Below are positions 40,676 to 50,572 of a DNA stretch of 64,000 nucleotides, one piece after another (position 1 is the first letter of the stretch; every line of letters starts with the position of its first letter). A model generated the notes under the pieces. The model did no database searches. It was not told the origin of the DNA and saw only the letters and a program-made list of their open reading frames with translations. Source of the stretch: Gammaproteobacteria bacterium (GTDB lineage Bacteria; Pseudomonadota; Gammaproteobacteria; Eutrophobiales; Eutrophobiaceae). The stretch lies in the NCBI GenBank assembly GCA_963422205.2, contig CAXMWX010000007.1, positions 64,001 through 128,000 on the forward strand, given 5' to 3'. A program made the position numbers and the translations under genes.

Positions 40676-41261
40676 AGGAAGTTAAGCGGTCTACATTGGC
40701 TTCTCACCTGTCTGCGTGCGGACACGCACAGGCAGGCGGAGCGGTTTCAGGATCACCTGATAGAGGGTATCACGGCGATGATGAAACCGAAATTCGGTCT
40801 CTTTGAGATGATCATAACACCTCTCTGCGAATGCCTTTGCTGGCATCGGGCACGATCTCCGTGAACAGCTGTCCGTGACGCTGGAGCAGGCCAAAGACGA
40901 GGGTTTTCTGCTTGGCACCGCGACCACGTTTGCCACGGATGCACTTCCGGCCAAAGCAGGATTCATCGACTTCGACCGCGCCGACAAAGGGCGATTGTTG
41001 TTCACAAAAATCCGCAATGCGCTGGCGCAGTTTGAGGGAAATCGGGTGTACCGAGCTCAGGCGAATGCCGGTCAATCGGGCACTGTCGGAGGCGGCCAAC
41101 TCCAGGGCAAAACAGCGGATCAGTTGCCGAAATGTCCGCTCGGTGATTTAAGGAACGGATGTAATACCTGTTTTTCCTATTCATTTCACCTGCCTGTGCG
41201 TGTTCGTACGCAGACAGGGAAGATTAGCACCTGTCTGGTAGGGCTTAACTTCCCATGACCC
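40669..41261 (-). mobile_element. IS1595-family element, degraded transposase
   Basis: TIRs GAGTCATAGGAAGTTAAGC / GCTTAACTTCCCATGACCC; fragments MNRKNRYY, GAVEVDESCFG..GKRGRGA..KTLVFGLLQR and HLKETEFRF in different frames. Confidence 0.82.
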
Positions 41262-41582
41262 TAAATCAATTCTCATCCATTGATGTAGAGAATTTCATTG
41301 ATAAAAAGGGCGAGGATACAAATAATCAAGCCCTCGTTCCTACGCTCAACGTAGCCTGAATTGAAGGTCTCCAGAAATCTATCGATGAAATCAACATAGA
41401 AATCAACGCTACAATTTCTAATTGGCTTCTTAATAAAGGGCATGCCTTTTCGGCTCTGTGTGTCAACGGTATTATCCGGCATGGTTACTTGCTGGCGCTA
41501 CATAAACAGGAAATACAGCTTCGTGGAGCATCGAATATAGAGCGCAAATTGAAGGAGAAGAAAACATACCTGAAGGGCGAGC

Positions 41583-42050
41583 TTGATAAAATTCCCGGCA
41601 AGGTCAGCGCTTCTGGCAACCCGAAAGACATTTGCTCAAGACACACTTAACCTGACGCTTGCCAGCCCGGAAGTCAATCGCTATCAAAAGCGTGGCAAGG
41701 ATGCGGCAGAATGGCTGCCGGATAAGAACCAGTGCTGGTTTGCTGATCGCATTGTTCAGGTGCGGCAGAAGTATCATCTCACGATTGACAGGGAAGAGGC
41801 TGAGATGTTGGAGAGTGTGTTATCTGAGTGTAGTTCGGTGGAGATGGTGTTTTATGCTGATGATGCTCCGGTCGTTGCGCCTGAACCGGCTGAGGATACT
41901 GTTGATGCGCTGTTGTTATGGGATGACAATGGCAATGGTCGGATTACTTGTGCTGAGGCCAAGCGTCACGGGATTGCGCCAGTGCCGAGCGACCATCCGG
42001 CTTATCGTTATATGCGGGATGGGGACGGCGATGGCATGGTGTGTGAGTGA
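41583..42050 (+). pseudogene. 5'-truncated DUF1524-like HNH nuclease with excalibur-like Ca-binding C-terminus
   Basis: FAQDTLNLTLASPEVNR.QK..KDAAEWLP..NQCWFA; WDDNGNGRITCAEA..HPAYRYMRDGDGDGMVCE. Confidence 0.7.
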
Positions 42051-42079
42051 AAGTTTGAGTCTTTTTACAAATAGGGGGA

Positions 42080-42745
42080 ATGAATATGTCTAAGCAAATT
42101 GATCCGTATGAAACCAGGCTGCATCCGGGGAATGCCTACTGGATGGCTAAAATTTCAAAGCTCATTTATGCGTGTAAAGCAGGCAGTAAACACCCTGATG
42201 AGGCATTGATATTAAGTCAATTAAAGGACGAGGATTCGGGTTTTCTTTCTGTTGTGGGCGAGGATAAAAATACTGCCCAGGCAGCCTTGATAGAGCATAA
42301 GGATTTTTTATGCATGGTTTTCCGGGGTACTGATGAGTTGGGGGACTGGTTGGACAACATTAATGCGTTTCCTGTAAAAGTGTTGTTTGGTGATTTTCAT
42401 CGTGGTTTCTGGGGTTCTGTTAATGATGTTTGGGACAAGATAAATGGTCGGTATGAAGAATGCCGGGGAGAGAGAAAGCGGCCTTTATTTATCACTGGGC
42501 ATAGTCTGGGTGGTGCGATGGCCACGATAGCGGCTTCAAGGCTTATTCATGACGATAAGCCATTTACTTCAGTCTATACATTTGGTCAGCCAAGGGCGAT
42601 GAGCCGTGAGACGGCTCAGTTTTTTAGTGTAGAGGATAAAGGACGTTGTCACCGGTTTTTAAATAATGAAGACATTGTCACCCGTGTCCCCTCAAGATTG
42701 ATGGGGTATGGTCATGTTGGTAATTGTTTGTATATTGATAGGGCT
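42080..42745 (+). pseudogene. Lipase class 3, C-terminally truncated
   Basis: VFRGT, FHRGF, ITGHSLGGA, YTFGQPR, DIVTRVP; runs abruptly into the lysozyme fragment. Confidence 0.75.
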
Positions 42746-42950
42746 TGGGTGTGACTGCCGATGGCATCATTGGGCCAATCACACGGGCAAGAGCAGATCG
42801 GGCAGATGTCAGTGTCTTTCTGCCTGATTATCTCTCTCACCGGGGCAGGTTCTATGCTCGACTGGCAGAGAAGGATTCCTCACAGGTTAAGTTTCTGCGT
42901 GGCTGGCTTAAGCGCTGTTTCTACTTCAACACACCATCTATCAGGAGGTA
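42745..42950 (+). pseudogene. C-terminal fragment of a GH108-family phage lysozyme
   Basis: GVTADGIIGPIT peptidoglycan-binding motif and R..FY..L.....SQVKFLRGWLKR. Confidence 0.7.
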
Positions 42951-42955
42951 TTGTC

Positions 42956-43219
42956 ATGAAACTGTTATCCCTATTTGTCTGTTTAAGTCTCTTAGCTGGC
43001 TGCGGCTCCCTGCCCTGGAACCCGCAGGGCAATGCCGGGTTGACCCGTATGGAGTTATCCGGCTGTAAGACTGATGAGGGGGCTTCCGGCCAGCTATTCT
43101 GTGACACCGACATCATCGATGGCAAAGAGAAGACCAACGTGGATGTGAAAGTCATTCGTGATCTGGACAACAACACAGTGATAGCGACCTATACGGCCAG
43201 GAACATAGCAGCCTTTTGA
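42956..43219 (+). CDS. Small lipoprotein, phage lysis-module-like (possibly truncated)
   Basis: AGGAGG RBS; lipobox LLAGC; follows the endolysin fragment. Confidence 0.55.
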   Translation: MKLLSLFVCLSLLAGCGSLPWNPQGNAGLTRMELSGCKTDEGASGQLFCDTDIIDGKEKTNVDVKVIRDLDNNTVIATYTARNIAAF

Positions 43220-43501
43220 TCCCGCTCACCCGCGCGCCGTTTATAGTCCGGTGTGTTTTCACTGTGAACATGCGCTGTGCTTCGCATTACGTACCTGCAA
43301 AGCCTTCCCCAAGGGCATTCCGCATGAGATCTGGATAGGCGAGAACAAACATACCGAACCTTATCCGGGTGATCACGGCATTATTCAATTCAAGCAATAT
43401 CAACCGAAGCGTCAAGCCAGTTCCTAACTCTCCTGCCGAAGCCTGTCATTACCAGGCGACTTCCTTTTATTAAAACGTTTTAATAGAACTGGTTATTCTG
43501 G

Positions 43502-43774
43502 TTGTTCTATGCTTTGCTCCAGATAACTATCTGTAGTGATTTAGTAGCTAAACTCACGTTCGGCAAAGATAAACCTGCCACGACAGCCCGCCAGCTAACG
43601 AAAGCGCAAGCGGCGAAGCTGGTGAGGCGTCCGGTTGAAGAGATTAAGAACGGTAAGCCCCTCACCAAAGAGGTCGCCATCAAGCCTGAGGAAGTGTTTA
43701 GCTTCACTGAGTATGCCAATCATATCGTGGTGGTCACTACCGATGGGCAGAAGTATCAGGGGGATAAAAAATGA
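43502..43774 (+). CDS. Small basic hypothetical protein, phage-like
   Basis: C-terminal HIVVVTTDGQKY, followed by an overlapping truncated ORF start (MKRIPETG). Confidence 0.35.
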   Translation: MFYALLQITICSDLVAKLTFGKDKPATTARQLTKAQAAKLVRRPVEEIKNGKPLTKEVAIKPEEVFSFTEYANHIVVVTTDGQKYQGDKK

Positions 43775-43809
43775 AACGCATCCCTGAGACTGGCATTGAG
43801 GGCGAGGCA

Positions 43810-44420
43810 CTGCGGGAAGCGGGCTGCCGGTGGTGATGGCACCAGCCGCCAGGGTGATGTTGACATTGCCGGTGCCGAGGTGACGGGCATAGAGCCCGTG
43901 AGCGGCGATATTGGTGGTGGTGATGCTGTCAAAACGGATGGCGTTGAGTGTGATGGGCGCGCTGGAATTGACGTTGCCCATCAGCACTACCGCATCGCCA
44001 TTGGAGTTAAACCAGAGGCGATACCGCTCGTTCGCACTGGAGCCAGCGCGAGCGGCAGCCGAACCAATCAACATGTTATTGATGCCCTCGCCGGTGGTGG
44101 TGATGCTTAAATTCGCATCGTCCAGGTTTAAGGTCAGCCCGTTTACGCCCAGGTTGTTCCTGAGGAGGGTATCCGCCAGCCCGTAGCTGATGCTGTTTGT
44201 GGGGGTGGTGTAGTTCGTGGTGTTGCAGGTGGCTGTAGCGTTAGTTGCCGCCCCGCATTCTGCCTCCGCAAGGGACTGCTGGGGTGGATCATGGGGACGA
44301 CAAGCAGGGCAAAGGTGGCAAGCCTTGCTTTGTGTTTGAGATTGGTGGAATTGGGTCTTAGGTGGTTGTTTAGGTGGCTCTTTACGTAGTGCCCAAAGTA
44401 GCCAATATACGAATATTTCC
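43810..44420 (-). pseudogene. N-terminal fragment of an autotransporter/adhesin-like secreted protein
   Basis: Signal-like RLATFALLVVPMIH, frameshift at the G-run near 44281, then AECGAATNATATCNTT..LTLNLDD..HGLYARHLGTGNVNITL (Thr/Asn/Gly-rich); no beta-barrel follows. Confidence 0.5.
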
Positions 44421-44641
44421 CGTAGAAATATTCTCTTAATGTATTCCTAAGTTATTGATTTAATTGATGTTTTATTGGGGTATGAGGGGTAGATTGATAA
44501 ACCGCAGGCAGTAGAGAAGCGGCCGCTCAACAGCTGATTGTCTGGCATGGCGGTGGCGTAAAGGTGTTCGCTGCTGGCGTGATTTATCATGGCTATGGCT
44601 CCTGTTGTTTGTTGGGCTTGGGGTATTTGTTATGGGTGTGG

Positions 44642-44947
44642 TCAAGCTGCCGGAATGAATAGTTTCCAGAGTATACCCGTTGTCATAATGAGGTTAAAGC
44701 CAACCATCCAGTGAACCAGATTGATTTTGGCCGTTAGTTTGGTATCTACGTTGTCAATCTTGGCATCCAGTTTGATTATGTCTTGCTTCAGATTATGGAT
44801 ATCCCCCTTCGTTGCCACCTGCGTATTCAGGGCTTCACCGAGCGCACCCTGAATGGCAACCGCTTCGGCCTTGGCATGCTGTTCGGAGACACCGGCTTGT
44901 TTCAAGGTCTCGGTAAACTTTAGGGTGTCAAAGGCGACGATACTCAT
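44642..44947 (-). CDS. DUF1640/CCDC90-like coiled-coil protein (short paralogue)
   Basis: AFDTLKFTETLKQAGV..HAKA, VATKGDI, C-terminal WMVGFNLIMTTGILWKLFIPAA. Confidence 0.82.
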   Translation of the reverse strand: MSIVAFDTLKFTETLKQAGVSEQHAKAEAVAIQGALGEALNTQVATKGDIHNLKQDIIKLDAKIDNVDTKLTAKINLVHWMVGFNLIMTTGILWKLFIPAA

Positions 44948-45093
44948 GGGATCATTATCTCAGTGCTGTGATGGCGTTGATGTGGAGGTGGGGCTTGTCA
45001 TGGCGTTCTCCTTCTGCTTTTTACCTGTGTTTGTGTATTTTATGCGTTGTTTACTTTGATTGTGTTGCCTTGATTGTCTTGTTCGTGTGTGGG

Positions 45094-45507
45094 TCAAGCT
45101 GCCGGGATAAACAGTTTCCAGAGTATACCCGTTGTCATAATGAGGTTAAAGCCGATCATCCACTTAAACAGACGTTGCTCTGCCTTTATGTCCTGCATCT
45201 CATCTTTCACCTCCTCCTTGAATGCCTGCATGTCATCTTTCAAGCCTTGCGTATCTGCTTTCACCTCGTCCTTGAATGCCTGCATGTCATCCTTCAAGCC
45301 TTGTGCATCTTTTTTCACCTCATCCTTGAATGCCTGCATGTCGTCCTTCAGCTTCTGAATATCCCCTTTCGTAGCCAACTGGGTATTCAGCGCCTCACTA
45401 AAGGCACCCTGAATGGCCACCGCTTCAGCCTTGGCGTGCTTGTCAGAGACACCGGCTTGTTTCAAGGTCTCGGTAAACTTCAGGGTGTCAAAGGCGACTT
45501 GGTTCAT
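45094..45507 (-). CDS. DUF1640/CCDC90-like protein with about three 18-aa repeats
   Basis: Same head and tail as the neighbour; KDDMQAFK(D/E)EVK repeats at 54-bp spacing. Confidence 0.82.
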   Translation of the reverse strand: MNQVAFDTLKFTETLKQAGVSDKHAKAEAVAIQGAFSEALNTQLATKGDIQKLKDDMQAFKDEVKKDAQGLKDDMQAFKDEVKADTQGLKDDMQAFKEEVKDEMQDIKAEQRLFKWMIGFNLIMTTGILWKLFIPAA

Positions 45508-45617
45508 GGGTTTATTATCTCAGTATTGTGATGACGTTGATGTGGGGGCTTGTCATGGTTGTGTGCTTCCGGTGTTGGCTGGATTATGTGTGGGTATCGC
45601 ATGGGCAAGCAGATTAC

Positions 45618-46004
45618 TCAGGCAGCGGCACGGGCAACGATGGCCTCGCGCAACCCGTCCAGCAACCCTTCCAGGTGTGCCGTGCGCTCGCGCAACGCGT
45701 TGATGTCCTTGCGGACTGCCGTGATTTCTTCCTGCAAGCGCTCTTCCATTTGCTTCATATCCTCACGCAGGGCATTCATGTCCGTCTGCCACCGATCCTC
45801 CATTTTTTGCATATCCTCACGCAAGCGCTCTTCCATTTGCCGTGTATCTTCACGCAAGCGCTCTTCCATTTTCTGCATATCTTCACGCAAGCGATCTTCC
45901 ATGCGGCGGGTATCGGCTCGAAGCCAGGCCACCAGGCCAATCATCAGGCCAGCCAGGGATACTCCTGTGCCAATAGTCGCCATCATCAGGGTTGCCATGT
46001 TCAT
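45618..46004 (-). CDS. Membrane-anchored coiled-coil protein with 11-aa repeats
   Basis: N-terminal TM; REDMQKMEERL-type 33-bp repeats; C-terminal LRERTAHLEGLLDGLREAI. Confidence 0.75.
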   Translation of the reverse strand: MNMATLMMATIGTGVSLAGLMIGLVAWLRADTRRMEDRLREDMQKMEERLREDTRQMEERLREDMQKMEDRWQTDMNALREDMKQMEERLQEEITAVRKDINALRERTAHLEGLLDGLREAIVARAAA

Positions 46005-46181
46005 GTCTGTGGTCTCTTGTTACTCAACATGATAGCCCATGCCGATTGGTTATGCTGACAGTTAGTGCGGTTTTATTTGGCATAGGTACGGGGGATGTGT
46101 TTTGTGTCGCGCTTATTGTAAGACCAAAGTCATCGCCGGGTAAAGCGTGGATGAAGGCAGCCGGGCGGGTGAGTGCTGGGC

Positions 46182-49100
46182 TTACATACTGCGGCGGTAC
46201 TGGCCGCCTACCTGAAAAAACGCCTCGGTGATCTGCCCCAGCGAGCAATGCCGCACCGCCTGCATCAATTCGGCAAAGACGTTGTGATTATTGGTCGCCG
46301 CATGACGCAGACGTTGCAATGCCGGCCCGGCCTCATCCTTGTGTCTGGCGTGGAAATCCTGCAGCCGCTGTAGCTGGCTTTGCTTTTCGGCTGTCGTTGA
46401 GCGCGCCAGCGGCAACTCCTGACCTGCCGCCGTATCCTCGCCGGTAAAGGTGTTCACCCCCACGACCGGCAGGCTGCCATCGTGTTTTTTGTGTTCATAA
46501 TACATCGACTCATCCTGTATCCGCCCGCGCTGATAGCCGGTCTCCATCGCACCAAGCACCCCGCCACGCTCCGAGAGACGTTCAAATTCCTTCAGCACGG
46601 CGGCCTCTACCAGATCGGTCAGCTCCTCTATGATAAATGCGCCCTGGTTCGGGTTTTCGTTCTTCGACAGGCCCCATTCCTGGTTGATGATCAACTGAAT
46701 AGCCAGCGCACGGCGCACGGATGCCTCGCTCGGCGTGGTGATGGCCTCATCATAGGCATTGGTGTGCAGGCTGTTACAGTTATCATACAGCGCAATCAGC
46801 GCCTGCAATGTGGTGCGGATGTCATTGAAGGCCATCTCCTGGGCATGTAATGAACGGCCTGACGTCTGGATGTGGTATTTCAATTTTTGACTGCGCTCAT
46901 TGGCACCGTAGTTATCACGCATGGCAATCGCCCAGATACGTCGTGCTACCCGGCCTAACACGGTGTACTCCGGGTCCATGCCGTTGGAGAAGAAAAACGA
47001 CAGGTTCGGGGCGAAATCGTCTATGTGCATCCCTCTGGCAAGATACGCCTCCACCAGAGTAAAGCCATTGCTCAAGGTAAAAGCCAGTTGGGTGATCGGG
47101 TTGGCGCCAGCCTCGGCAATGTGATAGCCGGAGATGGAGACGGAATAAAAGTTTCTTATGTTGTGCTGAATGAAATACTCCTGGATGTCGCCCATCATGT
47201 GCAGGCTGAACTCGGTGGAGAAGATGCAGGTGTTCTGCCCCTGATCCTCTTTTAAGATGTCGGCCTGCACCGTGCCTCTGACATTTTCCAGGGCATACGC
47301 CTGTATGTCGGCCTGCTCATCGGCAGTCGGCGCCCGCTTGTGCTCCTGGCTGAATTTCTCCACCTGCTGATCGATGGCAGCGTTCAGAAAAAACGCCAGT
47401 ATGGTCGGCGCCGGCCCGTTGATGGTCATGGAAACCGAGGTGTTCGGATCACACAGATCAAAACCATCATACAGGGCCTTCATGTCATCCAGCGTGGCCA
47501 CAGAGACGCCCGCATTGCCTACCTTGCCATAGATATCCGGTCGCCGGTCCGGATTGGCGCCATACAGGGTGACCGAATCGAAGGCCGTGGACAGCCGTTT
47601 TGCTTTTGAATGTGCGGACAGTTTCTTAAATCGGCGGTTGGTACGCCGCGGGTCGCCCTCGCCAGCGAACATGCGTGCCGGTGCCTCGCCTTCCCGCTTG
47701 AAGGCAAAGACCCCGGCGGTATAGGGGAATGCCCCCGGCACGTTTTCCCGGTACAGCCAGCGCAGTATCTCCCCCTCATCCTCAAAGCCGGGCAGGATGA
47801 TCTTGGGGATGACTGTGCCTGACAGGGTCGTGCTGGTCAGGGCGGTGCGAACCTCCCGACCGCGGACGGTCGTGACCAGCGCCGGGGCGGCATAGCGCTG
47901 CTGCATCACCGGCCACTGTTGCAGCAGATGTTTTGCCTTGGCCGACAGCGCCTCGTCCCGTTGTTTGCACAGTGCCACAATATCGGCGGTCGGCTTGCCC
48001 TCGGCGGCCAGCATCCGGGCCGTGGCGTCAAGCTGCTGCCGCTCTCTGGCAAGGGCCGATTGTCTGGCGGCATCGGCATGGTAGCGGTGGATGGTATCGA
48101 CGATCTCCGTCAGGTAACGCCGCCGCCGGGCCGGTACGATCGCATGACATTCGCTGGAATGGCGAACCGCCACCGTCGGCAGTTGGCGGGCAAAGGATTT
48201 CAGCCCCTTGGCCCGAAGCGCCATCAGCAGACACTGGTACAGGGCGGTAAGGCCGTCATCATTGAACCGGGAGGCGATGGTGCCGTAGACCGGCATCTGC
48301 TCCGGGCGGCGATCAAAGGCGTGGTTGTTACGCTGCATCTGCTTGGCCACATCGTGCAGGGCATCGGCGCCGCCTTTGCGATCAAACTTGTTGATGGCGA
48401 TGACATCGGCAAAATCCAGCATATCTATCTTTTCCAGCTGGCTGGCCGCCCCAAACTCCGGCGTCATCACATACAAGGCGGTATCGACAAACGGTACGAT
48501 GCCGGCATCGCCCTGCCCTATGCCCGGTGTTTCGACAATGATCACATCAGCCCCTGCCACTTTTACCGCCTCCAGTATCGCCGTCAGGCAGGCCGGGATT
48601 TCCGTTTGGGCATCACGGGTGGCGAGCGAGCGCATGTAGATGTTCGGATGGTCAATGGCATTCATGCGGATACGATCGCCCAGCAGGGCGCCCTGGGTGC
48701 GGCGGCGGGTGGGATCGATGGCCAGAATGGCGATCTTGAGCGTATCCTCGCTGTCTTGGCGAAAGCGCCGGATGATCTCATCGGTCAGGGAGGACTTGCC
48801 CGCCCCGCCGGTGCCCGTGATGCCCAGCACGGGCGTCTTGCTGTTCTCGGCACGGGCGGCCAGGCGGTCCCGTTGTGCCTGGTCAAGTTGTTGATTTTCA
48901 AGGGCGGTGATGACTCTAGCGAGGACATCCCAGGCCCCCTGATGCAATGTATCCAGCGCATCGTCAGCCTTGCCCGTCGGGGCCGGTGTACAGGCGGCGA
49001 GCATCGTATCGATCATGCCCTGCAAGCCCAGCTTCTGGCCGTCTTCCGGTGAGAAGATACGGCTGACGCCATACGCATGCAGCCGCTCGATTTCCTCCGG

Positions 49101-49445
49101 GATGATCACGCCGCCGCCGCCGCCGAACACCTTGATATGCCCGGCATGGCGCTGTTTTAGCATATCGATCATATACTTGAAATATTCCATGTGACCGCCC
49201 TGATAGGCGCTTATCGCAATGCCCTGGGCATCTTCCTGTATGGCGGCATCAACAACTTCCTGCACAGAGCGGTTGTGGGCAAGGTGAATGACCTCCGCCC
49301 CGGTGGCCTGCAAAATGCGGCGCATGATGTTGATGGCGGCATCGTGGCCGTCAAACAGGCTGGCCGCCGTCACGAAGCGAAGCCAGGTTTTTTGCTGCCC
49401 AGCAGGGCGCGCCTGACGGTGGTGTAGCGGGGTCACTGAAGCCAT
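46182..49445 (-). CDS. icmF: Fused isobutyryl-CoA mutase / MeaB-type GTPase
   Basis: [21 protein letters not shown]12 motif, [48 protein letters not shown]; 1087 aa. Confidence 0.96.
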   Translation of the reverse strand: MASVTPLHHRQARPAGQQKTWLRFVTAASLFDGHDAAINIMRRILQATGAEVIHLAHNRSVQEVVDAAIQEDAQGIAISAYQGGHMEYFKYMIDMLKQRHAGHIKVFGGGGGVIIPEEIERLHAYGVSRIFSPEDGQKLGLQGMIDTMLAACTPAPTGKADDALDTLHQGAWDVLARVITALENQQLDQAQRDRLAARAENSKTPVLGITGTGGAGKSSLTDEIIRRFRQDSEDTLKIAILAIDPTRRRTQGALLGDRIRMNAIDHPNIYMRSLATRDAQTEIPACLTAILEAVKVAGADVIIVETPGIGQGDAGIVPFVDTALYVMTPEFGAASQLEKIDMLDFADVIAINKFDRKGGADALHDVAKQMQRNNHAFDRRPEQMPVYGTIASRFNDDGLTALYQCLLMALRAKGLKSFARQLPTVAVRHSSECHAIVPARRRRYLTEIVDTIHRYHADAARQSALARERQQLDATARMLAAEGKPTADIVALCKQRDEALSAKAKHLLQQWPVMQQRYAAPALVTTVRGREVRTALTSTTLSGTVIPKIILPGFEDEGEILRWLYRENVPGAFPYTAGVFAFKREGEAPARMFAGEGDPRRTNRRFKKLSAHSKAKRLSTAFDSVTLYGANPDRRPDIYGKVGNAGVSVATLDDMKALYDGFDLCDPNTSVSMTINGPAPTILAFFLNAAIDQQVEKFSQEHKRAPTADEQADIQAYALENVRGTVQADILKEDQGQNTCIFSTEFSLHMMGDIQEYFIQHNIRNFYSVSISGYHIAEAGANPITQLAFTLSNGFTLVEAYLARGMHIDDFAPNLSFFFSNGMDPEYTVLGRVARRIWAIAMRDNYGANERSQKLKYHIQTSGRSLHAQEMAFNDIRTTLQALIALYDNCNSLHTNAYDEAITTPSEASVRRALAIQLIINQEWGLSKNENPNQGAFIIEELTDLVEAAVLKEFERLSERGGVLGAMETGYQRGRIQDESMYYEHKKHDGSLPVVGVNTFTGEDTAAGQELPLARSTTAEKQSQLQRLQDFHARHKDEAGPALQRLRHAATNNHNVFAELMQAVRHCSLGQITEAFFQVGGQYRRSM

Positions 49446-49487
49446 GCGGTGTGCTCCGGTTGCTTTTGTTGATGGGCTTGTATTATA

Positions 49488-49509
49488 TTTACGTTGACGT
49501 AAACGTCAA
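49488..49509. promoter_or_regulatory. LiuR-type operator (two overlapping palindromes)
   Basis: TTTACGTTGACGTAAA (49488-49503) and TTGACGTAAACGTCAA (49494-49509) between divergent icmF and the MerR regulator. Confidence 0.8.
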
Positions 49510-49525
49510 TAAAAAAGGCTGGCCG

Positions 49526-49975
49526 ATGACGACAACCACATTAAAAGAAAAAAATTCTTATAAAGCAAAAGGTTATAAGAAAAAACTATACACCATCTCA
49601 GACCTGGCAAAGGAGTTTGACATCACGACTCGTGCGATTCGCTTTTATGAAACCGAAGGCATGCTCTCGCCAACCCGAGAAGGTCGCCACCGTATTTATA
49701 CGCAGCGGGAGCGCACTCGCCTGAAATTGATCCTGCGAGGCAAGCGGCTTGGATTTTCCCTGGGCGAGATAGGGGGCATGTTTGCCTTGTATGATTCAGC
49801 GCCCGGTGAAGCGGGGCAACTGCGGCATGTCCTCGACAAAGTGGCGGAAAAACAACGGCAGCTTGAACGGCAACAAGAGGATATTCACCTGATGATGCAG
49901 GAATTAGCGGATTTTGCCCGCCAGTGCGAGGCCAGACTTCAGGGCATGGACACCTTGACATGGCCCCCGACATGA
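49526..49975 (+). CDS. liuR: MerR-family regulator, LiuR-like
   Basis: YTISDLAKEFDITTRAIRFYE, RTRLKLILRGKRLGFSLGEI. Confidence 0.85.
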   Translation: MTTTTLKEKNSYKAKGYKKKLYTISDLAKEFDITTRAIRFYETEGMLSPTREGRHRIYTQRERTRLKLILRGKRLGFSLGEIGGMFALYDSAPGEAGQLRHVLDKVAEKQRQLERQQEDIHLMMQELADFARQCEARLQGMDTLTWPPT

Positions 49976-50151
49976 CCAACCACGCAGCGCCGCCCCCCTC
50001 GCCCTGCATCAATATTTGTCACATTGACCCGGCAAGCGGCTACTGCCGAGGCTGTTGGCGTACCCTGGCCGAGATCAGCGCCTGGACCGGCCTGACGACC
50101 AGGGCAAAACAGCACCTGCTGACCGAACTTGCCCGGCGGCGGGCCAACTGA
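49972..50151 (+). CDS. DUF1289 domain protein
   Basis: PSPCINIC, CRGCWRTLAEISAW. Confidence 0.85.
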   Translation: MTNHAAPPPSPCINICHIDPASGYCRGCWRTLAEISAWTGLTTRAKQHLLTELARRRAN

Positions 50152-50572
50152 CTGGCCAGGCGATAGACACGCACCACGATTTCACACATCCCCCAGTGGG
50201 CTGATCGGCAACAGCATCCTCACATGGCGATGAGCGCACCACCCCACCCCGATGGCCATCATGGTATCAAGCAGCAGCAAATGCTGCCTGCCTACGATGC
50301 CGCATCATATACCCACCGCTGCCGATTGCAGGGCTGGTGGCTGCCTGGCTGATAGCCCCCTTCACCCCATTGCCAGCCAGGGAGGCACAGAGACCAGTGG
50401 CAACTCATCAGGTAGCACCAGACTGCCAGGGGCCTGCCTCATGCCTGTATGGGGCATCCATCGCAAGATACGGCGGGTATCGCCCCGGCAATTATCGCCT
50501 TGAGCCGGGCACTTTCTGTTACAATTCATGCCAAGCGATGCCCCGGCAGACTGCCCAGGTAAACTTCATCAC

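Noticed and set aside
44968-46058. Cys/Ser-rich repetitive plus-strand ORFs
   Set aside because: Antisense to the coiled-coil genes
47919-49052. 377-aa plus-strand ORF
   Set aside because: Antisense to icmF; an expected shadow ORF in GC-rich DNA
49446-49525. Cobalamin riboswitch upstream of icmF
   Set aside because: The intergenic region is only 80 bp and is occupied by the LiuR operator
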